Source: Geotalea uraniireducens Rf4
Lineage (GTDB): Bacteria > Desulfobacterota > Desulfuromonadia > Geobacterales > Geobacteraceae
Length of the DNA stretch: 32,000 nucleotides
Direction of reading: 5' to 3'
NCBI RefSeq assembly: GCF_000016745.1
Contig: NC_009483.1
Coordinates: 4,020,001 to 4,052,000 of the forward strand
Positions 25,052-31,768 of this stretch are shown here, piece after piece (positions within the stretch are counted from its first letter, which is position 1; each line of letters starts with the position of its first letter). The notes below the pieces were generated by a model, which searched no databases, was not told the origin of the DNA, and worked only from the letters and a program-made list of their open reading frames with translations. A program made the translations under genes and the position numbers.

Positions 25052-25100
25052 TTCAGAGAGCCGCTTGGTCAGTGTGGAAGCTGATGGGGCGGCTTTTTTT
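25052..25100 (+). repeat. 49-bp imperfect repeat R2, copy a; folds as a terminator-like hairpin plus T-run
   Basis: Copy a reads TTCAGAGAGCCGCTTGGTCAGTGTGGAAGCTGATGGGGCGGCTTTTTTT. Copy b at 26505-26553 reads TTCAGAGAGCCGCTTGGACAACTTGGAAGCTGATTGAGTGGCGTTTATT. In copy a GAGCCGC pairs with GCGGCTT and TCAG with CTGA, and T7 follows. Confidence 0.7.
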
Positions 25101-25123
25101 GTTCGATCCGCGGGAGGTGTGAC

Positions 25124-25582
25124 ATGAACATACTGTGGTGGCACTGGCTGGTAGTCGGCATGGTCCTTATCGGTCTGGAGCTCGTCGTCCCCTCCTTCAC
25201 CATCATCTGGTTCGGCCTCGGAGCCGTCCTGGTCGGCATTGTCATGGTGTTCGCACCGGGCTATCCCCTGCCCGCCCAGATTCTGACCTGGACCGTGGTC
25301 TCGGCGGTTCTCACCATCGCATGGTTCCGCTTTTTCAATCCCCGCAGCAACAAGACCTTCTCCGGCTCGGCGAAGGGGGCCGTAGTGGGAGAGACGGGGC
25401 TCGTTATCCGGGCCGCCGAGCCCTATGCCAGGGGGACCGTCAAGTTCCAGTTGCCGCTCCTGGGGGCTGATGAATGGCCGTGCATGGCCGAAGAGTCTCT
25501 GAAGGTGGGGGATCGGGTGAAGATAGTCGATGTGGAAGGACATGTGATGAAGGTCGAAAAAACCGGAAAAGGAGTGGACTAA
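25124..25582 (+). CDS. NfeD-family membrane protein (YbbJ-like, OB-fold C-terminus)
   Basis: GGGAGG lies upstream. It has two to three N-terminal TM helices (WWHWLVVGMVLIGLELVVPSFTIIWFGLGAVLVGIVMVF...). The C-terminal G.A..A......G.VKF.....G..W.......L..GD.V.IV.V.G..L.V pattern is present. Its stop overlaps the next start (TAATG at 25580-25584). Confidence 0.85.
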   Translation: MNILWWHWLVVGMVLIGLELVVPSFTIIWFGLGAVLVGIVMVFAPGYPLPAQILTWTVVSAVLTIAWFRFFNPRSNKTFSGSAKGAVVGETGLVIRAAEPYARGTVKFQLPLLGADEWPCMAEESLKVGDRVKIVDVEGHVMKVEKTGKGVD

Positions 25583-26433
25583 TGAATCCTGGAACAATCG
25601 TCTTGGGAGTTTTGTTTGCACTGGTAGTCGTCACGATCTTCATGGGGGTGCGGCTTGTTCCCCAGGGGTACGAGTTTGTCGTGCAGCGTCTCGGCAAGTA
25701 CCATTCGACCCTGAAGCCGGGGCTGAACTTCATCATTCCCTACGTCGATATTGTCGCCTACCGTTTGACGACAAAGGACATCCCCCTCGAAATCGGCGCC
25801 CAGGAGGCGATCACCAAGGACAACGCCGTCATCGTCGCCAATGCCATCGCCTTCATCAAGATCATCGATCCGGTGAAAGCGGTTTACGGCATCAGCAACT
25901 ACGAGTATGCGATTCAGAACCTGGTGATGACCTCACTGCGGGCCATTATCGGCGAGATGGAACTCGACCGGGCGCTGTCGTCCCGTGACATCATCAAGGC
26001 ACGCCTTAAAGACATAATTTCCGACGATGTCACCGACTGGGGCATCCTCGTCAAGTCGGTGGAGATCCAGGATATCAAGCCGTCCGATTCCATGCAGAAG
26101 GCGATGGAGCAGCAGGCCACCGCCGAGCGGCTGAAGCGAGCGATGATACTGGAGGCGGAAGGGAAAAAGGAAGCGATGATCCGGGAAGCCGAGGGGAAGC
26201 TGGAGGCGGCGAAAAGGGAAGCGGAGGCGCAGATAACGCTGGCCGAGGCGTCCGCCAAGGCAATTGAGGATATTGCCGGCGCGGTGGGGGAAAAAGAGCT
26301 CCCGGCGCTTTTTCTCCTGGGTGACCGCTACGTGAATGCGATCCAGAAGCTGTCCGCATCGCAGAATACGAAGACATTCGTCCTGCCGGCGGATATTCTG
26401 GCGGCCGTGAAGGGGATCGCGGGAAGGTCGTAG
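25582..26433 (+). CDS. SPFH/band-7 (stomatin/QmcA-like) protein, 283 aa
   Basis: An N-terminal TM segment is followed by RLVPQGYEFVVQRLGKYHSTLKPGLNFIIPYVD...ITKDN..V...A......I.DP..A.Y......YAI..L..T.LR..IG...LD. A charged coiled coil follows (EAEGKKEAMIREAEGKLEAAKREAEAQ). It is translationally coupled to nfeD. Confidence 0.9.
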   Translation: MNPGTIVLGVLFALVVVTIFMGVRLVPQGYEFVVQRLGKYHSTLKPGLNFIIPYVDIVAYRLTTKDIPLEIGAQEAITKDNAVIVANAIAFIKIIDPVKAVYGISNYEYAIQNLVMTSLRAIIGEMELDRALSSRDIIKARLKDIISDDVTDWGILVKSVEIQDIKPSDSMQKAMEQQATAERLKRAMILEAEGKKEAMIREAEGKLEAAKREAEAQITLAEASAKAIEDIAGAVGEKELPALFLLGDRYVNAIQKLSASQNTKTFVLPADILAAVKGIAGRS

Positions 26434-26504
26434 GGTAAGGGAGTGCGAGGAGTGAGTGTGCAGTGGGGGAATTGGAAACTGACTTTTCAAGACCCTTAAA
26501 GACC

Positions 26505-26553
26505 TTCAGAGAGCCGCTTGGACAACTTGGAAGCTGATTGAGTGGCGTTTATT
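26505..26553 (+). repeat. 49-bp imperfect repeat R2, copy b (degenerate terminator-like sequence after the SPFH gene)
   Basis: See copy a. Identity is about 80 percent by eye, the orientation is the same, and the T-run is degraded. Confidence 0.7.
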
Positions 26554-26578
26554 GTTCTTAATGGATAAATAGACAAGA

Positions 26579-26791
26579 ATGTCCCCACCGCCCTTTTCTG
26601 AAAAAAGACTATGGTTCATCCCATTCGGCAAGATTAAAGGCACAAAACTGGAAAAGCATATAGCAATAGATGCCAAGTTGGATAATGGAATAATCAATAT
26701 ACTCAGCATATTGACTTGGTCCGACCCTCAAGGACTTACTATCGATTTTGTCTATTGCATAGACCCTTCAGCTTCTTTGACAGGGAATTAA
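26579..26791 (+). CDS. Divergent DUF4160-like ORF (70 aa), possibly truncated
   Basis: MSPPPFSEKRLWFIPFGKIKGTKLEKHIAI... parallels MSPTVFREGSFRFYFFSLEESRMHIHV... of the copy at 24712. It contains R1 copy b encoding IDFVYCIDPSAS. Sequence downstream in other frames suggests further decay. Confidence 0.35.
   Translation: MSPPPFSEKRLWFIPFGKIKGTKLEKHIAIDAKLDNGIINILSILTWSDPQGLTIDFVYCIDPSASLTGN
26742..26776 (+). repeat. 35-bp exact direct repeat R1, copy b
   Basis: It is identical to 24833-24867. Confidence 0.9.
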
Positions 26792-26897
26792 ATATGGCGT
26801 CCCCAGAACTCCCGAAAAACTATCGATGTTGCGCTGGTTCGTGTTGAAAATTGGCTTGAAGCCCTAAAATATCGAGACGTGTGGAGGTTTTGAGGGG

Positions 26898-27383
26898 TTA
26901 TTCAGCCTGCTCTTCGGTCAGGAAGAAAGCCATGAAATTTGGGACGTTTGGTACCGATACAAAGTCCAGAGAGGTGTAGAGGGGGATAAGTTTATCGCTG
27001 GCAGGTTCGAGAACTATAGCAGTGAGTGGTAGAAAAGAAGCTATGTCGAGGGATTTGGCTATTACATGGCTCATCAGGTATTCCGAGGCGCTTAAGCCTT
27101 CTAGGGCTTCAAGTCTCTGTTTCCGATAGGGTTCCGAAACCAAAAGGTACAGGACCTGAAGATAGTGGAGTTTTTGCTCTGGGAACCTGTAGATGCCCAT
27201 GGCGACAAAGCCATAGTCCTGCTCATCAATGGAAAGGACATGAAGCTTAGCGTGGCCATTCTTGGCGAGCTTCGCTGCGGCTTTGGCGTTGGTTCGCTCA
27301 ATCTCCCGCCTGCAACGCCATCTGGCTAGGAAGGGGCCTGGCGCGAGATCAGCACCCGAGACGCAGGTAATCTGAGCAGGCAT
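26898..27383 (-). CDS. Hypothetical protein, weakly GNAT-acetyltransferase-like (161 aa)
   Basis: The long ORF lies in a lower-GC region. The segment ..LHYLQVLYLLVSEPYRKQRLEALEGLSASEYLMSHVIAKSLDIASFLPLTAIVLEPASDKLIPLYTSLDFVSVP has the strand-helix-strand layout of a GNAT core but lacks a clean Q/RxxGxG/A motif. It is tightly coupled (1-nt gap) to the upstream small ORF. Confidence 0.55.
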   Translation of the reverse strand: MPAQITCVSGADLAPGPFLARWRCRREIERTNAKAAAKLAKNGHAKLHVLSIDEQDYGFVAMGIYRFPEQKLHYLQVLYLLVSEPYRKQRLEALEGLSASEYLMSHVIAKSLDIASFLPLTAIVLEPASDKLIPLYTSLDFVSVPNVPNFMAFFLTEEQAE

Positions 27384-27384
27384 G

Positions 27385-27582
27385 CTAACCTTTCTTCGAT
27401 TTTGCTTCGATTGATTTTACTTTGGCAACGATCTCTGACGCACGCTTCGAGACTACACCTGTCTTGAAGAAGTGGATCGTTGTTCTCGGCAGTTTATCAG
27501 GTAGGGTACGGCCTACGACAAATCCGGTGTCTGCCTTCTTTGTCTTGGTCGCAGTTTTTGGACGAATTACTTTTGCAGTCAT
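27385..27582 (-). CDS. Small basic protein (65 aa from ATG 27582; the track ORF extends to a TTG at 27672)
   Basis: MTAKVIRPKTATKTKKADTGFVVGRTLPDKLPRTTIHFFKTGVVSKRASEIVAKVKSIEAKSKKG contains a K.DTG.FV.GR motif seen in small phage/TA-associated proteins. There is no clear Shine-Dalgarno sequence. A plus-strand ORF (27422-27712) competes for the same DNA. Confidence 0.4.
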   Translation of the reverse strand: MTAKVIRPKTATKTKKADTGFVVGRTLPDKLPRTTIHFFKTGVVSKRASEIVAKVKSIEAKSKKG

Positions 27583-27856
27583 GGATGCAATACTACTCGA
27601 GATTGCCAAGGACTGCAAGCCGGAATTTCGAAAAGCCTTAAGAACCTTATCCGAGGAGGTGGAGAGGGTCAAAGAAGTAGGGGAGGTAAGGCCTGACCCA
27701 TTAACCCCTTAAGATCAGCCATAACCGAGATCGGATCATCCCATCAACAATTGGTGTCCAACCACTCGGCGACAGACGGTCTCCGCTTCGCTCCGCCGCT
27801 GCGACTCGAAACCGTTGAGCGGAAGCGTTAAGTGCTACTGAGAATAAGGCAAAAAC

Positions 27857-28546
27857 ATGAAGAAGATTTGCATTGTGGGTGCATCCGGGAAACTCGGGCA
27901 GTATATGGTACAGCATGCACTGGATCGGGGATACGAGGTGGTTGGCGTTTGTCGGGAACGCAGCGTGGGCAAACTTGACGGGTTCAAGGGGCATATCACC
28001 GTCATTCCCGGTGCGACGAACGACCGCGAGGTGATCAAGAAGGCAGTTGAAGGGTGCGACGGTGTGCTCACCGTGCTGGTCCCTTGGGGGGTTCACCAAT
28101 ACTCGTCGGGAACGGTGCAGGCGGTACTCGACTATGCGCGTCCGGGCGCGCGCCTCATATTCTCATGTGGCTGGCACATTACGCGGGACGGCCAGGACGT
28201 GTACTCGCGGACCTTCATTTTGGGTGTGAAGGCTATCGGATGGATCGCGCGGATGCTCCGCGCTGTGGACATCGACGACCAGGTTGAAGCATGCCGACGG
28301 ATCTTTTCGAGCAACACTCGGTGGACTGTCGTCCGCGGCAGCGACCTCGAAGAAGGAGAGAGCCAAGGCCTTCCCGTATGGAGCAGACATGTCGGCGACC
28401 CCGTCCTCGCGAGCAACATCACGCGCCGCGTAGACTTTGCCCTTTTTATGGTTGCGGCCCTTGAGAACGACGAACTCATCCACGAGGCCCCCGCGATAGT
28501 CGGCTGCCGAACACCCTCGGCGCTTGCAATCAAGACGGGAAGCTAG
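27857..28546 (+). CDS. NAD(P)H-binding Rossmann protein (atypical SDR / NmrA-like), 229 aa
   Basis: MKKICIVGASGKLGQYMVQHALDRGYEVVGVCR carries the GxxGxxG motif plus an acidic/hydrophobic beta2 strand. Its size and the ..VVRGSDL.. segment are typical of the NAD(P)-bd_dom (BVR-B-like) family. Confidence 0.85.
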   Translation: MKKICIVGASGKLGQYMVQHALDRGYEVVGVCRERSVGKLDGFKGHITVIPGATNDREVIKKAVEGCDGVLTVLVPWGVHQYSSGTVQAVLDYARPGARLIFSCGWHITRDGQDVYSRTFILGVKAIGWIARMLRAVDIDDQVEACRRIFSSNTRWTVVRGSDLEEGESQGLPVWSRHVGDPVLASNITRRVDFALFMVAALENDELIHEAPAIVGCRTPSALAIKTGS

Positions 28547-28579
28547 GAGCCTGTCGGACTTAGGAAGGGAGAGACAAGG

Positions 28580-28647
28580 GTGTCGGGGCTACACATATGA
28601 CAAATACTGTAAAAGAAGGGATTTTGTAAAATGTGTAGCCCCGACAC
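28580..28647. repeat. 17-bp perfect inverted repeat with a 34-nt AT-rich spacer
   Basis: GTGTCGGGGCTACACAT (28580-28596) pairs with ATGTGTAGCCCCGACAC (28631-28647). It lies 34 nt after the stop of the NAD(P)-binding gene. No T-run follows. Confidence 0.8.
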
Positions 28648-28734
28648 GAGGAAAACAGAGGGATCCGCCCTTGACACGGGACAAGTCTCCTGCCCTCTTC
28701 ACGCACCGCCAGGAAATATCAAGTCATCCAATGC

Positions 28735-28776
28735 AAAAAAAACGCCGTGAAACCTTGTGTTGACTGGTTCCACGGC
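28735..28776 (-). terminator. Rho-independent terminator of the FKBP gene
   Basis: On the minus strand GCCGTGGAACC-agtcaacacaa-GGTTTCACGGC is followed by G plus T8. Confidence 0.8.
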
Positions 28777-28820
28777 ATCATGGCGTTTTAGTAATTTCAG
28801 CAGTACTTGCCCGATTGCGA

Positions 28821-29252
28821 CTATTTGATATTGAGCAGTTCAACCTCGAAAATGAGGGTCGCATTGGGCGGGACATCACTGCCGGCCCCACGGGAACCGT
28901 AGGCAAGTTCAGGCGGGCAGACCAGTTTAGCCTTGCCGCCGACCTTCATCATCTGTACCCCTTCGGTCCAGCAGGGAATGACGCCGGAGAGTGGAAAACT
29001 GATGGACTGATGACGTTTGTAGGAGCTGTCAAACTCCTTGCCGTTCGTCAGGGTGCCACGATAGTTGACTTCGACGGTGCTGGCGGCACTCGGCGACTTG
29101 CCTTTACCATCCTTTATGGATACATAGACCATCCCGGACCGGGTCTTCACAGCTCCTTTTTCCTTGGCGGCCTTGTCGATGGCATTGTTAGCTGCTGCAA
29201 AGGCCGGAACCGCTAAAATAGTGGCAATGGCTGCAATGACAACTTTCTTCAT
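28821..29252 (-). CDS. Periplasmic FKBP-type peptidyl-prolyl cis-trans isomerase
   Basis: A signal peptide is followed by V.Y.G.L.NGKEFDSSY.R....SFPL..VI..W.EG...MKVGGKAKLV.PPELAYG..G.G..VPPNATLIFEVELL, the canonical FKBP domain. Confidence 0.9.
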   Translation of the reverse strand: MKKVVIAAIATILAVPAFAAANNAIDKAAKEKGAVKTRSGMVYVSIKDGKGKSPSAASTVEVNYRGTLTNGKEFDSSYKRHQSISFPLSGVIPCWTEGVQMMKVGGKAKLVCPPELAYGSRGAGSDVPPNATLIFEVELLNIK

Positions 29253-29468
29253 CTGTGCTCCTCACTGTGACAGAATTTAAATTCAATGGGCGGTATCCTA
29301 ACATTTAAAATTTGTTGCCGTCAACAGTCGTGTAGAGTCCTGGGTCAGGCTGTGCATTCCGTGCTTGATTACTCACCTTCTAAAACGTTTGCTGACGGTC
29401 ACGCGGAATTCCGGGGACATACGTATCCGGGCATGAAGCGTCACGGGCGGCCGTTGACTGGAGTCGTC

Positions 29469-30512
29469 TCACTTCTGTCCAGGCTCAACCTTCGCCGGGC
29501 TACCGCCTTTGGCGGGGAGACTCGCATCGACCTCGGCATAAATCCTTGCGGAGATATCACGGATGACCTCCGCCTGGAGGGCCAGATCGTGCCCGCCGGT
29601 CATGATCCCCAGGATGTACGGCCCCTTCGGGTGATAGACGATGCCGAATTCGTGCAGCTGTTTATCCTCTCCGGGCAGCACATCGTTGCACTCTCCGAAT
29701 TTTGACGCAACCACGATCCCTTTAGGCACCCCCCCAACGATTCCCTGCGGGAAATCCTCCTGGCTCAAGAGCTGTAACGCCTTTTCCGACATATTGCGAT
29801 TCAGGTAGGACGCATTGTAGAGGACGCGGAAAAACCCCGAGAATCCGTGGACGGTCAGGGAATTACGGTCGTCTTTCGGATGGTTGTCGATATCCATGCT
29901 CAGCAGCACGTCCTCCAGCTCCGCTGCGCTCAGGCCTTCATAGAGCAATGACGTCGCATTGTTGTCAGAATAACTGATCATGTAACGCAGCAGTTCCTCA
30001 ACCGTATATGCCCGCCCCGGGGTGATCGTCTGCGCCGGCCTTATGGTCTGCAATGCGCTCAAGTTCTCCTTGCCGTCAAAGACAAACGTCTGTTTAAGTA
30101 CCCGCGGGTCTTTCTCGGCAAGCTCCAGCCAGGCGATCATCACCGGCACCTTCATCATGCTGGCCGGATTATACTCCACTTTCTCGTTGATCCCAAACCA
30201 CGGCCCATCAGACAGGTCACGGTAATAAACCGACAGGTTCCGAACCCGGCCGTTGTCGATCTGCCACTGCACGAAATCCTTGATCTTGCGCTTGAAGGGG
30301 ATAGGCTCCTGTCTGACTCCGTATCCTTCCGGGAGTTCTACATCGACCAGCGGACTGATGAAACGATACCCCGTAAGTCTGACCCGTCTATGGGCAGCAG
30401 AATGAAAGTGACGGTGATACCAGCCGTGGGCGTGCCACCCGGCGCCCAGCAACAGAACCGACATGGCCAGATATAAAGTGATATGTCGAATGTTAATTTT
30501 CCCTCCCTGCAA
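29469..30512 (-). CDS. Class-A beta-lactamase-related serine hydrolase (347 aa; start uncertain)
   Basis: It has an SxxK motif (NPASMMKVPV) and an SDN motif (YSDNNATS). A K(T/S)G-like KFG lies near the C-terminus, and there is an N-terminal membrane/signal segment. The track start is a TTG with no Shine-Dalgarno sequence; ATG 30464 is an alternative. Confidence 0.75.
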   Translation of the reverse strand: MQGGKINIRHITLYLAMSVLLLGAGWHAHGWYHRHFHSAAHRRVRLTGYRFISPLVDVELPEGYGVRQEPIPFKRKIKDFVQWQIDNGRVRNLSVYYRDLSDGPWFGINEKVEYNPASMMKVPVMIAWLELAEKDPRVLKQTFVFDGKENLSALQTIRPAQTITPGRAYTVEELLRYMISYSDNNATSLLYEGLSAAELEDVLLSMDIDNHPKDDRNSLTVHGFSGFFRVLYNASYLNRNMSEKALQLLSQEDFPQGIVGGVPKGIVVASKFGECNDVLPGEDKQLHEFGIVYHPKGPYILGIMTGGHDLALQAEVIRDISARIYAEVDASLPAKGGSPAKVEPGQK

Positions 30513-30962
30513 TCGCCAGCAAAACCCTGCCCACCATATATGTCCCCTTCGGATTGCCCTGTTCCTTTTTTGTTACACCGACTAAAATTTACTAGGAAGC
30601 CTTCAGGCTTGTCAACTGCAAATCCGGGCAGGAACCCACGACATAAGGTATCCCGGAAACAGCAATGCCGGCCGATTTCCCTTGGAAATGGTCATTGTTG
30701 TCTCCGCATTCCGAAAAATAGGGTCAACCTGTATGGTCACCCTTTCTAATAATTGTATACACTTTCTCATTTTTTATTAGGCAATTACCTTGAGTTATCC
30801 ACTAAATTTCAGCATCTTGGGTGTCGTCCACTCATTTCGTATCGTTAGAAAAATTCACTTGCGCGAAAATAAGTATTGACACGTAATTACAAGTAGTTAG
30901 ACAGCTGCCTTTCAAATAGTCAAAAAGCAGAAGTGCTTGAAGAAACGTTATATTTACAAATT

Positions 30963-31006
30963 TTATCCACAGTTATGGCCTGTTTATCCACATGGTTTGT
31001 GGATAC
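30963..31006. promoter_or_regulatory. Cluster of three DnaA-box sequences in an AT-rich spacer
   Basis: TTATCCACA occurs at 30963-30971 and 30984-30992 (both perfect, 21 bp apart). TGTGGATAC occurs at 30998-31006 (inverted, 8/9 match). A further TTATCCACT lies at 30795-30803. AT-rich tracts flank the cluster. Confidence 0.6.
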
Positions 31007-31203
31007 ACTTTAAACCTGACAATTATTCTAATAATTCATCTTACATTTGAGGCAGATGTCCCACAATTCCACCAACTGACCCAACCCATCCCTACTGGCT
31101 TTACCACAGGGGTACGTTAAACGCCCTGTTTAAAACAAAAAGAAAAAGCCCCTGAATTTCTCAAAGGCTTTTGTTCTTCTCCGGCCCTTGCAGGACCTTT
31201 AAT

Positions 31204-31270
31204 TGGAGGTGGCGGGAATCAATCCGCGTCCGAAAATCATCCACAGAAGGCGTCTGCATGCTTATAACAG
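31204..31270 (-). pseudogene. ssrA: 3'-terminal fragment of tmRNA (ssrA), degenerate
   Basis: The minus strand reads ATAAGCATGCAGACGCCTTCTGTGGATGATTTTCGGACGCGGATTGATTCCCGCCACCTCCA. The E. coli ssrA 3' end (from memory) is CTAAGCATGTAGTACCGAGGATGTAGGAATTTCGGACGCGGGTTCAACTCCCGCCAGCTCCACCA. The T-arm is defective (GCGGA-TTGATT-CCCGC), there is no CCA, and the 5' two-thirds cannot exist because the DUF2147 CDS ends at 31298. Confidence 0.55.
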
Positions 31271-31297
31271 TTTTGGGAGTCTATATTGATCAAGGTG

Positions 31298-31744
31298 CTA
31301 TCTGGTTAACGTGTAGGTACGACCAATGAAGGAAAAACCGATATACCCGCGCAAGTCAAGCCTGTCCGGAGCGACAAACCGCATCTTGCACTTGTAGGAT
31401 TTGCCACTTTCGGGGTCGTAACATACGCCTTTTTCCCACCTGTTGTCCCCGGCATAGATCAGCCGTTCGATTACCTGTAGTCCCAAAATGAGGCGTTTCT
31501 GCAGGGCCGGATCGGGATTTCTCCAATCGATTTTCACCTCCCCAACCGGGCCGTCTTCACTGCGGGTAAACCGGGGCTCCCTGAGCCAGCCGACCTTGCC
31601 GCAGATCTTCTCGCCACATCGGTACAACTCGATCCTCGACCGGTCACCAGCGGTTTTCCACAGCCCGAGCACATCATCGGGACCACTGGCAAATGCTGGT
31701 GCAGCCAGTAGAATCAATGTGACAACAATGAGCAGCTTATCCAT
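31298..31744 (-). CDS. DUF2147 domain-containing periplasmic protein
   Basis: A signal peptide is followed by GLWKT.......IELY.CG.KICGKV.WL...........D..NPDP.L..R...GL.....L......W..G..YDPE.GK.Y.C.M......L.LRGYIG....GRT..LTR, the DUF2147 pattern. Confidence 0.85.
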   Translation of the reverse strand: MDKLLIVVTLILLAAPAFASGPDDVLGLWKTAGDRSRIELYRCGEKICGKVGWLREPRFTRSEDGPVGEVKIDWRNPDPALQKRLILGLQVIERLIYAGDNRWEKGVCYDPESGKSYKCKMRFVAPDRLDLRGYIGFSFIGRTYTLTR

Positions 31745-31768
31745 GTATCACACATTCTACCCCGGTGC

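Noticed and set aside
24956-25621. A 221-aa minus-strand ORF
   Set aside because: It is antisense to the NfeD gene, which has clear TM/OB-fold features and translational coupling to the SPFH gene.
27697-27833. Integron attC-like site: a GTTAAGT (GTTRRRY) core at 27827-27833 preceded by an imperfect hairpin with a bulged base (27784-27793 / 27817-27827) and a possible CATTAAC core about 130 nt upstream
   Set aside because: Only the inner 10-11 bp pair; the long imperfect palindrome expected across an entire attC is missing. The upstream core does not fit RYYYAAC. There is no intI gene or cassette array in the window.
30513-30610. Possible c-di-GMP/cGAMP (GEMM-I) riboswitch in the leader of the beta-lactamase-like gene (minus-strand CAGGGCAATCCGAAGGGGACATAT...)
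   Set aside because: It lacks the GGCAAA...GNRA...GACGCAAAGCC...CCGG core and a consistent P1/P2 pairing. The resemblance is limited to a few bases.
31237-31245. An additional DnaA-box-like 9-mer (TCATCCACA)
   Set aside because: It falls inside the tmRNA-homologous fragment (the TGTGGATGA segment) and is explained by that homology.
23792-31300. Search for a direct repeat of the selC 3' end (attR) or an integrase that would delimit an intact island
   Set aside because: I found no second copy of TTCGATTCCCATGTGCTTCC or a substantial part of it by eye, and no integrase-like ORF. I therefore describe the region only as eroded and island-like, with an undefined right boundary.
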